The notes: generated by a model from the letters alone, not told the origin. Shown: positions 8,159 to 17,813, counted from the stretch's first letter. The stretch is DNA of 64,000 nt from Dehalococcoidia bacterium (GCA_965219205.1 CBDCMQ010000007.1:3812-67811); one strand, 5' to 3'. Program-made: numbers and translations.

Positions 8159-9487
8159 ATGACAATCGCTTACCACAACGAAGAGATGCTGGCAATGGTG
8201 GACACAGAAAAGGGCATCGTCGACCGTCGGATCTTCTCCGACCAGGACATCTATGAACTGGAGCTGGAGCGGATCTTCGCCCGCGCCTGGAACTTTATCT
8301 GCCACGATTCCCAGATCCCCGAGCCCGGTGACTTCTTCCAGACCGTCATTGGCGAGGACCGCGTCATCTGTGTTCGTGACAACGATGGCATGCCTCAGGT
8401 CCTGGTCAATACCTGCCGCCACCGCGGCAACGCCATCTGCCGCGCGGACGAGGGCCACGCCACCAGCTTCATGTGTACCTACCACGGCTGGACTTACGAC
8501 CTCAAGGGCGCCTTGGTCGGCGTGCCGGGCTTCAAAGAGGTCTACCACGAGGCGCTCGACCGTGAAAATTGGGGCCTGATCAGGGCAGCCCAGGTGGATA
8601 CCTACAAGGGCTTTGTCTTCGCCAATATGGACCCGGAAGCCCCTTCCTTCCCGGAGTATCTTGGTGACGTCGGGCGCATGTGCATCGACATGGTCGCTGA
8701 AAAAGGCGAAGAGATCGTTGTAGCCGCCGGTGTCCAGAAATACACCATTCCCTGCAACTGGAAGTTTGCCGCGGACAACGTCTGGGACTTCTATCATGGC
8801 TTAACCCACCAGTCCTCGGTGATGTCAGGCTGGCAGCGCAATGATCGGCGCCGCCCCGGCGACTTGATAACCAACATCGCGCAGCCCAACATGGCTTTCC
8901 TTGGCGAATACGGTCACGTCCATGGTGGACCTGAGAACAGTCCGAATAACCCGCTAAACTCCATCCGCCCCCAGGAATGGCGTGAGCGCCCCCAGGCCAA
9001 ACAGGCCTTGGGGCCGCTGATTGACCGGATCCCGGCAAGCCACCCTCAGATCTTCCCCAACTTCTGGGTTACCGGCCCCGGCCTGGCCCAGGTAAGCATG
9101 CGCATGCCCAAGGGGCCGATGAAGACCGAGATCTGGTGGTTCACCTTCCTGGACAAAACCACTCCAGAAAAGCATCCGGGGCATTTGCAACAGGCGATGC
9201 GTACCTTCGGTCCAGCCGGTATGCTGGAGCAAGACGACGGCGAGAACTGGGGCCAAAGTACCCGTGGCATGGTTGGCACGGCCAGTCAGCGGCACCCTCT
9301 GAACTACTCCATGAATATCGGACGCGGCGAGATTATCGACGACGAAATCAGCCCGCCTCGCATCGAAACTCCAACTGTAAGTGAGCACCCCCAGCTCTGG
9401 CACTACCGGGCTTGGTCCGAGTGGATGTCAGCCGAGAGTTGGTCCGACCTCAAGGCCAATCACTCGGAGCCCAAAGGCCGCGTGTAG
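8159..9487 (+). CDS. Rieske oxygenase alpha subunit, alpha-only type (paralog 4)
   Basis: Same motifs; 442 aa. Confidence 0.85.
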   Translation: MTIAYHNEEMLAMVDTEKGIVDRRIFSDQDIYELELERIFARAWNFICHDSQIPEPGDFFQTVIGEDRVICVRDNDGMPQVLVNTCRHRGNAICRADEGHATSFMCTYHGWTYDLKGALVGVPGFKEVYHEALDRENWGLIRAAQVDTYKGFVFANMDPEAPSFPEYLGDVGRMCIDMVAEKGEEIVVAAGVQKYTIPCNWKFAADNVWDFYHGLTHQSSVMSGWQRNDRRRPGDLITNIAQPNMAFLGEYGHVHGGPENSPNNPLNSIRPQEWRERPQAKQALGPLIDRIPASHPQIFPNFWVTGPGLAQVSMRMPKGPMKTEIWWFTFLDKTTPEKHPGHLQQAMRTFGPAGMLEQDDGENWGQSTRGMVGTASQRHPLNYSMNIGRGEIIDDEISPPRIETPTVSEHPQLWHYRAWSEWMSAESWSDLKANHSEPKGRV

Positions 9488-9560
9488 CGGCAAGCGAAGC
9501 CGGACCGTATAGCCGCAAGCAAGGCCGCAGCACTTAGTTTCCAGGCCGATTGACAGCCAA

Positions 9561-9598
9561 GAGAAGCGCGACTTAACGGTCGCGCTTCTTTATTTATT
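9561..9598 (+). terminator. Rho-independent terminator-like hairpin + T tract (copy of 7861-7897)
   Basis: gagaagcgcgacttaacggtcgcgcttctttatttatt. Confidence 0.5.
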
Positions 9599-9610
9599 CG
9601 CAGTAGGCGT

Positions 9611-9705
9611 TTGAAAACTTCTCAGAGCGCCGTATAATGCCGCCAAGCTGCGAAGATTGCAGGTGCAACCTTAGCAACGCGTTTACAATCTTTCAAAGTA
9701 GGAGG
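9611..9705 (+). promoter_or_regulatory. Promoter (TTGAAA-16-TATAAT) and leader of paralog 5 with TTGCAggTGCAA dyad and TTTAG-box (cgtttacaatctttcaaagtaggagg)
   Basis: Direct sequence inspection. Confidence 0.45.
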
Positions 9706-9711
9706 CAGGAA

Positions 9712-11040
9712 ATGACAATCGCCTACCGCAACGAAGAGATGCTCAATATGGTCAGCAGTGAGACTGGCACCGTAGACCGGCGCATTTTCTCTGACAGGGA
9801 CATATACGAGCTGGAGCTCGAGCGTATCTTCGCCCGAGCCTGGAACTTCATGTGTCACGACTCCCAGATCCCCAATCCGGGCGATTTCTTCATGACAGTC
9901 ATCGGTGAAGACCGGGTCATCGTCGTCCGCGATGACGATGGCATGGCCCAGGTTCTGGTCAATACCTGCCGCCACCGCGGCAACGCGATCTGCCGGGCGG
10001 ACGAGGGCCACGCCACATCATTTATGTGCACCTACCACGGCTGGACCTACGACTTGAAAGGTGCGCTGGTTGGAGTGCCTGGCTTCAAAGAGGTCTACCA
10101 CGAGGAGCTCGACCGCGAAAATTGGGGGCTGATAAAGGCCGCCCAGGTGGATACCTACAAGGGCTTCATCTTCGCCAACATGGACCCCGAGGCTCCTTCT
10201 TTCCCCGACTACCTCGGCGAGGTCGGCCGCATGGCTCTCGACTCGATGGCGGAACGAGGCGATGAAATCACCATTCTCGGCGGTGTGCAGAAGTACACCA
10301 TCCCCTGCAACTGGAAGCTGGCCGCCGACAACGTCTGGGACTACTACCACGGCATCAGCCACCAGTCCGCCATGATGTCCGGCAGCTATGACGACGAAAG
10401 ATTGCGCAGTTGGGTTTACAGCAAAGATGACTACATGGTGATTCCGGGTGAGTACGGCCACGCCATCGGCGGACCGCAAATAACCGACCTGCAACAAGTC
10501 GCCATGGAGAAGCTCACTCAGATGCACGACTGGCGCGAACGTCCCCAGGCCAAGCAGGTGCTCGGCCCGGTTGGCATGAAGCACGCCGGCCATCCTCAGA
10601 TCTTCCCCAACTGTTGGCTCACCTTTGTCGGTCTCGGCCAAATCAGCATGCGCATGCCCAAGGGCCCCAACAAGACCGAGGTCTGGTGGTTCACCTTCGT
10701 CGACAAGAAAACGCCGGAAAAGCACCCCTTGCACCGGGGAATGGCGATCCACGTCTTCGGCCCCGCCGGCAGCCTCGAACAGGACGATGGCGAAAACTGG
10801 ACCCAGAGCACCATGGGCATGGTTGGCAAGGTAAGTGGGCGCTATCCGCTCAATTACTCGATGAACCTAGGCCGTGGCGAAATTATCAACGAAGAGGGCG
10901 GGCCGCCCCATATCTACTCTAAAGCCGTCAACGAGCATCCCCAGCTCTGGCACTACCGCGCCTGGGCCGATTGGATGGCCGCCGACAGCTGGGGCGAACT
11001 CAAGGCCAACCACACCCGGCTGCCCGACGACCGCCTGTAA
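9712..11040 (+). CDS. Rieske oxygenase alpha subunit, alpha-only type (paralog 5)
   Basis: MTIAYRNEEM start 7 nt after AGGAGG; same motifs. Confidence 0.85.
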   Translation: MTIAYRNEEMLNMVSSETGTVDRRIFSDRDIYELELERIFARAWNFMCHDSQIPNPGDFFMTVIGEDRVIVVRDDDGMAQVLVNTCRHRGNAICRADEGHATSFMCTYHGWTYDLKGALVGVPGFKEVYHEELDRENWGLIKAAQVDTYKGFIFANMDPEAPSFPDYLGEVGRMALDSMAERGDEITILGGVQKYTIPCNWKLAADNVWDYYHGISHQSAMMSGSYDDERLRSWVYSKDDYMVIPGEYGHAIGGPQITDLQQVAMEKLTQMHDWRERPQAKQVLGPVGMKHAGHPQIFPNCWLTFVGLGQISMRMPKGPNKTEVWWFTFVDKKTPEKHPLHRGMAIHVFGPAGSLEQDDGENWTQSTMGMVGKVSGRYPLNYSMNLGRGEIINEEGGPPHIYSKAVNEHPQLWHYRAWADWMAADSWGELKANHTRLPDDRL

Positions 11041-11167
11041 GCGGTCAGGCGCAGCCGACTGGCTATAGCCGGTCGGATGCTGCCCGATTACAAGCTGAAG
11101 ACGAGGGGAGCTGCCGGCGCATCTGCCCTCGTTTGATTCTCGCGAGGTTGCCTGGAGGCGAATCCTG

Positions 11168-11992
11168 GTGAATCGATCCCGGTTATCCGAATACATCGAA
11201 ACCAACCGCCGGTTCTGGGATGAAGCTGTCGCCATCCACGCCGCGTCGTCCTTTTACGATGTCGACTCTTTCAAGGCCGGAAAATCGACCCTCTTGCCGG
11301 TCGAGCGAGACGAAATGGGCGATGTCACCGGGAAAACACTCCTACATCTGCAATGCCATTTCGGTCTGGACACGCTTTCCTGGGCGCGAGAAGGGGCACT
11401 TGTGACTGGCGTTGACTTCGCACCCGAAGCGATCCGCACAGCTCAAGGTCTGGCGGAGGAACTCGGCATCAGCGCCCAATTCGTCGAATCCAACATTTTT
11501 GGCCTGCCGGAAGTCCTCGAGGGAAAGTTTGACCTGGTCTTTGCCTCCTACGGCGTGCTCAACTGGCTACCTGACCTGCGCGAATGGGCAGCCATTGTTG
11601 CCAACTACGTGAAGCCAGGCGGTACCTTCTACATCGTCGATTTCCATCCGCTCTACAACACGTTCTGGGATTCTCCCGCTTCAGACCAAGTCGCCATTCG
11701 CCATGGTTACTTCGGCACATCGGACCCGCCACCAACCGAAGAGTCAGGAACCTACGCGGACGGCGCGGCAAGTCTGACCAACCAGCGTACCTTTGAGTTT
11801 GACCACCCGTTGGGCGAGGTGGTCACGTCGCTAATCGACGCGGCTCTTCGGATTGAATTCTTGCACGAGTTCCCCTTCACCGCCTTTCAAGCATTGCCAG
11901 ACTTGCAGAAGGAGCGCGACGGTTACTTTCACCTACCGGCGGAGTCACCAAAAATCCCACTTATCTTCTCGCTGCGAGCGACGAAGCCGTAG
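11168..11992 (+). CDS. Class I SAM-dependent methyltransferase
   Basis: ..FDLVFASYGVLNWLPDLREW..VKPGGTFYIVD.. methyltransferase fold motifs. Confidence 0.65.
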   Translation: MNRSRLSEYIETNRRFWDEAVAIHAASSFYDVDSFKAGKSTLLPVERDEMGDVTGKTLLHLQCHFGLDTLSWAREGALVTGVDFAPEAIRTAQGLAEELGISAQFVESNIFGLPEVLEGKFDLVFASYGVLNWLPDLREWAAIVANYVKPGGTFYIVDFHPLYNTFWDSPASDQVAIRHGYFGTSDPPPTEESGTYADGAASLTNQRTFEFDHPLGEVVTSLIDAALRIEFLHEFPFTAFQALPDLQKERDGYFHLPAESPKIPLIFSLRATKP

Positions 11993-11996
11993 TTTT

Positions 11997-12431
11997 ATGG
12001 AGCCAGCCCAACCCGCAGCCTCAGTCGGAGTCTTGTTCGTCAATTCCAAGGGTGAACTGCTTCTCCATCTGCGTGACGACAAACCGGAAATCGCCAACCC
12101 AAATCTCTGGGGCTTCATCGCCGGCCGCTTGGAATCGGGCGAGACAGTAGAAGAGGCGCTTCTGCGCGAGGTGCAAGAGGAAATTGGCGTTCAGCTCCGC
12201 GAACACACTTTCTATTCCACTGTCGAAGAAGCCACGGGACCGCTAGACGTTTATAGCGCCCCGCTAGAGACTGAAGCTGAACAACTTGAACTCACCGAAG
12301 GCCAGAGAATTGCTTTTTTCACTCCTGAGAGTGCATTTGAGCTGCGGCTAGCTCCAGTCCTCGCGGAATTGCTTCCTGGCTTCCTTGCATCGGATGTCTA
12401 TGAACGGACGCGGCTGTTGAAAAAAACCTAG
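11997..12431 (+). CDS. NUDIX hydrolase
   Basis: Nudix box GRLESGETVEEALLREVQEEIGV (G-x5-E-x7-REVxEExGV). Confidence 0.8.
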   Translation: MEPAQPAASVGVLFVNSKGELLLHLRDDKPEIANPNLWGFIAGRLESGETVEEALLREVQEEIGVQLREHTFYSTVEEATGPLDVYSAPLETEAEQLELTEGQRIAFFTPESAFELRLAPVLAELLPGFLASDVYERTRLLKKT

Positions 12432-12508
12432 CCGGGCCGCGTCAGTTTTTTAGGAAGCGACTCGTTTAAGGCAACCCTGAAACCTAAAGCCCATAGAGGG
12501 AGCCGCTC

Positions 12509-13000
12509 ATGCCCTACCCGATTCGCGAATTCGACCCGGACGAATACAACCGACGCTCGCAAACCGGCCCCTGCTTCATCTGCGCCATCGTCGCCGACGA
12601 CCCCGGCTTTGCGCACCACATGGTCTATGAGGATGAGACGGCAATCGCCTTTCTTGACCGCATGCCGACTCAATTCGGCTACGTGCTGGTGGCGCCGCGT
12701 GCCCACCTCGCACATGTAACCGGAGATTTCAGTTACGAGGACTATCTAAGTTTCCAAAGTGTGGTTTTTCGGGTCGCGGAGGCGGTGCGAGCCGAGCTCA
12801 AGCCCGAACGTCTCTATCTACTGTCACTCGGCAGCCAGCAGGGCAACAGCCACGTCCACTGGCACGTCGTACCGCTTCCATCCGGCGTGCCCTACGATCA
12901 GCAGCAACTCGCCACCTTGCACAAGAACGGGCGTGTCCTCGACATACCAGAGGCCGAGCTGGCAGCCCTCGCCGAGCGATTACGTGGCCGTCTCAATTAG
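12509..13000 (+). CDS. HIT (histidine triad) family protein
   Basis: HVHWHVVP histidine-triad motif near C-terminus. Confidence 0.75.
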   Translation: MPYPIREFDPDEYNRRSQTGPCFICAIVADDPGFAHHMVYEDETAIAFLDRMPTQFGYVLVAPRAHLAHVTGDFSYEDYLSFQSVVFRVAEAVRAELKPERLYLLSLGSQQGNSHVHWHVVPLPSGVPYDQQQLATLHKNGRVLDIPEAELAALAERLRGRLN

Positions 13001-13097
13001 AAAAAAGTGAGAGGCCAGTTTCACGGCCGCTCACTTCAAGGCCTTTCGGGCTTCGACTGCCTGGCGACGTGGCGACCGGCCCAGCGGCGCTTCGCCC

Positions 13098-13532
13098 TCA
13101 GGTCTCGATAGTATCAGACGAATCGACCGAGTCCGCATCGGGCTCCACGGTGTCCGCGGGTACCAAAAACTGCGTGTTCATTCGCATGCTGCTCTGAATA
13201 GCCTCTGTGTCTGGCAAAAGGGTTGAGCCAGAACCCTCGTCTCCTGTCAACCTGCCGTGCTCGTCAAGGTAGATGCCCTGAGTGGCAGCGTCTTGAAGGT
13301 TGTCGAGTTCGTGATCGCCCTGTGGCATCAAACCGTCGCTGGCTGGCGCGGTCTGTGCCTGGGAAATGGTTTCGTCGTCAGCGACGACATTATGCTCGCC
13401 CCAGGGGGCGGTTTTGCTGAACTCGTCAGCCTTCGGCAGGGCATCGCCCGTGCCGGAGGCGCTCGATTCCGTGGCGTCCACCTCTCCGGAGGTCTGACGG
13501 CTAAATGGTTTTTTCCAGTTCGGCGGCATCAA
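13098..13532 (-). CDS. Highly acidic low-complexity protein, paralog of upstream gene (unknown family)
   Basis: Starts MMPPNWKK, ends ..LTGDEGSGSTLLPDTEA..; ATGA overlap with upstream gene. Confidence 0.55.
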   Translation of the reverse strand: MMPPNWKKPFSRQTSGEVDATESSASGTGDALPKADEFSKTAPWGEHNVVADDETISQAQTAPASDGLMPQGDHELDNLQDAATQGIYLDEHGRLTGDEGSGSTLLPDTEAIQSSMRMNTQFLVPADTVEPDADSVDSSDTIET

Positions 13533-13999
13533 ACCGGCTCGCTGTCGGTCTCGTCGTAGATGACCACGGATTCGTCGTCACCACCGAGATCGTCCCCACC
13601 TGCTGGCATCTTGAGGAAGGACTCATGACCTCCGAGCGACTTGGTTTCCGGCAGCAAGGTCGAGCCGGCGTCGTCCCCGGTCAACTCGGGGTCCATACTC
13701 CGCGGCCCACCGGGGTCTTTGACCTCATCGGTGAACTCGGCGTCCATGCGCTGCGGCCCACCGGGGTCTTTGACCTCATCGGTGAACTCGGCGTCCATGC
13801 GCTGCGGCCCGCCGGGGTCTTTGACCTCATCGGTGAACTCGGCGTCCATCTTATTAATTGTGACGTTGCCATCGCCATCGGCCGCGTCGTCTACCGCCTG
13901 ACGGGTATCGGCCTGCATTTTGCCTTGCAGGCTATCGGGCTTGGCCGCATCATCGACACTCTCGTTTTTCTTGAAAATATTCCTGATCTTTGGCATCAT
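13529..13999 (-). CDS. Highly acidic protein with three perfect 17-aa repeats (MDAEFTDEVKDPGGPQR), unknown family
   Basis: Starts MMPKIRNIFKK with ATGA overlap onto stop of 13996-15588 gene; C-terminal ..LTGDDAGSTLLPETKS.. shared with next gene. Confidence 0.55.
   Translation of the reverse strand: MMPKIRNIFKKNESVDDAAKPDSLQGKMQADTRQAVDDAADGDGNVTINKMDAEFTDEVKDPGGPQRMDAEFTDEVKDPGGPQRMDAEFTDEVKDPGGPRSMDPELTGDDAGSTLLPETKSLGGHESFLKMPAGGDDLGGDDESVVIYDETDSEPV
13681..13850. repeat. Perfect 51-bp tandem repeat (about 3.3 copies) inside coding sequence
   Basis: gcggcccaccggggtctttgacctcatcggtgaactcggcgtccatgcgct repeated head-to-tail. Confidence 0.75.
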
Positions 14000-15588
14000 C
14001 GCACCGCCTTTTTGGAGATGGCTCCACTGTAACAGGCGTGTAAAGATTGTTGGGCGCGAACCTCGCGGATCGCCACCAGACCGCAAATCGTGGTTGGCAG
14101 AGGGTTCGGCCCTAAGGTCGCGACCAACTCCAGGGTCGATGGGTTGATCAAGATGATGGCACTGCTGGCCCGGTCGGCGATGATGATACCGCGGCCGACC
14201 CGCGCGATGCCACAGGGTTCGGCAGACTCCAGGCCCGCCACCTTGCCGAGGCTGTTGGTCGTCATGTCATCGACGACCAGCAATAACAGTTCGGTCTCGG
14301 CGACGATCAGGACGCGCTTGATCACCGGGTCGTAGCCGGCGGCGTCAATCCTACGGTCGAGATCGCCGACCTGCCGCAATGCACCCTCCTCCTCGATCAG
14401 CAGGATGGCTCCATCGGACTCGAAAATCAGCAGTCCAAGGCTCGCCACGACTGCCAGTCCAACCGCATCGACGCGTCGCTCCAACAAGCCAAGCGGCGTA
14501 CGATGGCCCGTCGCAACGTCCACATTGATAAGCAGCGAGACATCAGAGTTGGAGACGACGGCCAAAACGACCTGGCGGCGCACCACGACACCGGAGGGGA
14601 GCGGGACTCCGCGCGGCACGACGGCTAAAGGCGAGAAGACATCAGCCGTGCCTTCGCCGCTCACGTGAGATAGCGAGCCGTCTTCCGGCTGTAGCCGGAA
14701 GATTGTGCCGTCAGCACCACCGAACCCAACCAGATCAAAGCCTGGGTCCTCCGGGAAGACCAGTGGAGCCAGACTGGCGCTACCAAAAGCCACAGCGGCC
14801 GCACCAGTAAACGCCGTCTTCATGACTAGGCTGGAGCCCGCGTAGATACGCGATGAGTCGTAGAAGGCACGGCGCCCGATCTGCACCGGAGAGCCACGCC
14901 ATCCAGCCTGCCCCAAGACCCGCACAAACTGAACGTAGACGGCGAGCCCCGCGAAGGCCGCGCCGAGCAGCAGCCCCGTCTCGAAGCCATTCTGAATGGC
15001 GCTAGAAACCAGCACCGCGATCAATGAAACAACGGCCAGTCCGCCGCCGCCAACCGCGATTTGGCTGACTAGGCGCGCGGATTTCGCCGAAAGGCCGGCA
15101 AAACGCCGGCGGTCTGGCGCTGAAGCGAAACCGAAACGAAGCTCGCTGACCTGGTGTAACGGGATCGGTGGTGGCCTTGCCGATTGGTTTGGGCCCGGCG
15201 ACCCGCTGCGGTCGAAGCGCCGCCCGAGCGGGGTGAGCGACACTAAACTGCGTAGCTGAGTGAGTGCGGCTACTCCCAGGAAGATGCCGAAGACGACCGT
15301 GACCAGATCCGCCACCGCGAAGGAGCCATCGTCAGCAAGCTCGATGATCTGACCTATGATGCCGACAAGCGCGAATAGTGTTACTGCCAGGAACAGCAAG
15401 CGCAAACCGTGGCGGCGAAAGAAGCTGCGCGAGCCAAGCATGCGCGTTTGGTCAAAATCGAGATCAACCGACGAAGTCGGCCATCCCGATCGGTGCCCGA
15501 GGGCCTGTGCGACGCCGGCTGATCGCGCCCGGCAAAGCCGTTCGGCGATCAGACTGTTGCGCGACCGATCAGGCATCTTCCCTGTCAA
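13996..15588 (-). CDS. Membrane-anchored protein with C-terminal YVTN-type beta-propeller-like repeats (hypothetical)
   Basis: N-terminal TM helices, then four repeats of the type ..SNSDVSLLINVDVATG.. / ..ESDGAILLIEEEG.. / ..AIILINPSTLELVATLG. Confidence 0.5.
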   Translation of the reverse strand: MTGKMPDRSRNSLIAERLCRARSAGVAQALGHRSGWPTSSVDLDFDQTRMLGSRSFFRRHGLRLLFLAVTLFALVGIIGQIIELADDGSFAVADLVTVVFGIFLGVAALTQLRSLVSLTPLGRRFDRSGSPGPNQSARPPPIPLHQVSELRFGFASAPDRRRFAGLSAKSARLVSQIAVGGGGLAVVSLIAVLVSSAIQNGFETGLLLGAAFAGLAVYVQFVRVLGQAGWRGSPVQIGRRAFYDSSRIYAGSSLVMKTAFTGAAAVAFGSASLAPLVFPEDPGFDLVGFGGADGTIFRLQPEDGSLSHVSGEGTADVFSPLAVVPRGVPLPSGVVVRRQVVLAVVSNSDVSLLINVDVATGHRTPLGLLERRVDAVGLAVVASLGLLIFESDGAILLIEEEGALRQVGDLDRRIDAAGYDPVIKRVLIVAETELLLLVVDDMTTNSLGKVAGLESAEPCGIARVGRGIIIADRASSAIILINPSTLELVATLGPNPLPTTICGLVAIREVRAQQSLHACYSGAISKKAVR

Positions 15589-15824
15589 CTTCGGGAGTTT
15601 CTTTGGCCGCGTCTATAAAGAAGCTGGTGCTCGCGGCCAGCGGCGCAGCATCGGCAAGAAGGTCCGAGAGTTTCGCCCGGCCAAAGGCGAAGCCGCCTGC
15701 TGGATCGGCGCTGATCAGGGTCAAAACCTGAGATGGCTGATAGAAACGGCCCAGGTACCTGAGCAAGAGCCCGAAATCGAGTGCTGAACTGTCGCTCGGC
15801 GCCGCGAGCCCGAAGGCGGCGAGG

Positions 15825-16386
15825 TTAAGAACCAGAACCGGGAGCCCGCGAATTTAAGGAGAGGTCGTTGGTTACCAGCCAGTGCGCATCGAAAACCTGG
15901 AGACCAAATAGGCCAACGTCGACGCCAATGTCGTTTATCAGAACGTCGATCGCGGAGACGCCGGGCAGTATTTGCACTGTCAACCCGAGTCGCCTGCCCT
16001 CTATCACCAGGGCCCGAGCGACCGCTATTGAGGAACAAGTGATTCCCCGGGCACAGCAGAACCACAGGGCGTTCCACCGCCGTATGTTCGATCAGCTGCG
16101 CCACAACCTCCGAATAGATGTCCTCAAAAGGCCGCTCAGCTGTAAAGCTGGCGTCGAGATCGACGACCTTTACCCGCATTGACTTGAGCAATGCGCGCGG
16201 TGCGGCCGCCATTCCAATGGCGAAGACCTTGCCGTAGCGCGCGATAACACGCTGGGTTTCGACCGTGAGCTCCAAACGATCGTGCACACCGCTGCCCGCC
16301 AGAATGATATGCGGCACGGCCGCAGATCCGGAGGCAGCACCGCCGGCCTTTCGGTTTTTGCCAAAGGGACCAATGCTGGGCATCAC
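15825..16386 (-). pseudogene. Tetrapyrrole-methylase-family (SAM-dependent) gene, frameshifted near 16000-16030
   Basis: ..HIILAGSGVHDRLELT..VVLLCPGNHLF.. in one frame continues as ..LGLTVQILPGVSAIDVLINDIGVDVG.. in another. Confidence 0.35.
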
Positions 16387-16633
16387 GTTTCAACCCAAAT
16401 ATAGTCCGTTTTCGATTGTTATCGGCGACTATCGCCGGCCTGATGACAGAAAACAGTGAGCCGTAGGTTTCTCAACCGCTCTATGGAGCCTCTCTTTATC
16501 GCGTCGCAAATGTCGTGGCGGTATCTCCAAGTCCAGAAATCGACAATCTCGAATTATGCTCGTCGATTTCTAGTCCAAGCAGCGACTATTCAAAAGCGAA
16601 CAATAACTTCAATTTTGACTGTAACAAGTTCTC

Positions 16634-17590
16634 CTAGCCAGCTCGCTCGGCGATTTTCGCCTCCATCCAGTTGATCACCATCTCGTTGAACTCGTCCGCC
16701 ATCTCGAATTGCACCCAGTGACCACAGTTTCGATAGACGTGCAGCTCAGAGTTGGGGTAGTGGCGCATCAGCGAAGTGCTGCTGTCTAAAGCAGCGAAGC
16801 GATCGTGGGCGCCGAATATGACCAGCGTGGGATTTGGAACCTTGTGGAGCAGGTGGGTCTGATTCTGCGCGTTGCGGTCCTGCGGGTTGACCTTGGCGAT
16901 TTCGAGACGCGTCTTGCGGTGGTCTCGCTTGTCGGCGTCCATCGTCGACTGCCAGCGCATCTCCAGCCATTCGTCGGTGACAAAGGAATCGTCGAAAACA
17001 AACAGGTGCAGAACCTTCTCCACCAGCTCCCGCGTGGGCTCTCGCAGAATATCGCCAAGCAGCGCCGTGCCCTGGGGCGGCATCACGTCGCTAATCGATG
17101 GTCCAGTCGAGGCACCCATCAGAATGTTGAGGTCCAGCTGGTCAGTGTGGTCGACCGAGAAGCGTATGGCGTCGGCGCCACCCTTGGAGTTGCCCATCAG
17201 CGTAGCCTTGTCGATGCCCTTGGCCTTGAGGAACTCACTCAGCAGGTTAGAATCGTAGCCTGCCTCGTCGATGTCCTTGATCAGCAGAGCATCCGAGCGG
17301 CCGAAGTTCGGCATGTCGATCAAAATAGTGCGGAAGTGATCGGCAAAGGGCTCGATGTTCAAGTAGAAGTTGAACCAGCCATTGGCGCCCAGGCCGCCAC
17401 CATGCAGAAAGACAATAGTATGGGGGTGCTCTTCGCCGGCCTCGTGGTAGTGGATCTTGACTTCGTCTTTGTCGCCGCCCGGCACCCGCAGCTTGATGTA
17501 TTTTTCCGTGTTCTCGTAGGTCAGTATGTCGCTCTGGGTTTTTCCAGGGGCCGTCTTAATCGATTTCGTCGCTGTCTTCCCTGTAGTCAT
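16634..17590 (-). CDS. Alpha/beta hydrolase, meta-cleavage-product (C-C bond) hydrolase-like
   Basis: AGGAGG-ATG start MTTGKT; HGGG oxyanion region; GNSKGG nucleophile elbow resembling GNSMGG of BphD-type hydrolases. Confidence 0.65.
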   Translation of the reverse strand: MTTGKTATKSIKTAPGKTQSDILTYENTEKYIKLRVPGGDKDEVKIHYHEAGEEHPHTIVFLHGGGLGANGWFNFYLNIEPFADHFRTILIDMPNFGRSDALLIKDIDEAGYDSNLLSEFLKAKGIDKATLMGNSKGGADAIRFSVDHTDQLDLNILMGASTGPSISDVMPPQGTALLGDILREPTRELVEKVLHLFVFDDSFVTDEWLEMRWQSTMDADKRDHRKTRLEIAKVNPQDRNAQNQTHLLHKVPNPTLVIFGAHDRFAALDSSTSLMRHYPNSELHVYRNCGHWVQFEMADEFNEMVINWMEAKIAERAG

Positions 17591-17813
17591 GATCCTCCTA
17601 ATTTCTGCGGGCTTTGATCTCCGAGTCCGCGAATGATCGTAAGGTCGCCGCAATGCGAGATCAACAGCCACCCAGTTCGACCAAGGCGCGCCTTCTCTGA
17701 CACGCTGGTGCCTGAGCGATTTCATCACTTCTCCCCGTTTTGACCTTGACGCTCCTGTCCCAAGCCGTAAACTCGCTAACAAACCAGGCCAAAACCACAA
17801 ATCGAGGTGCCGC

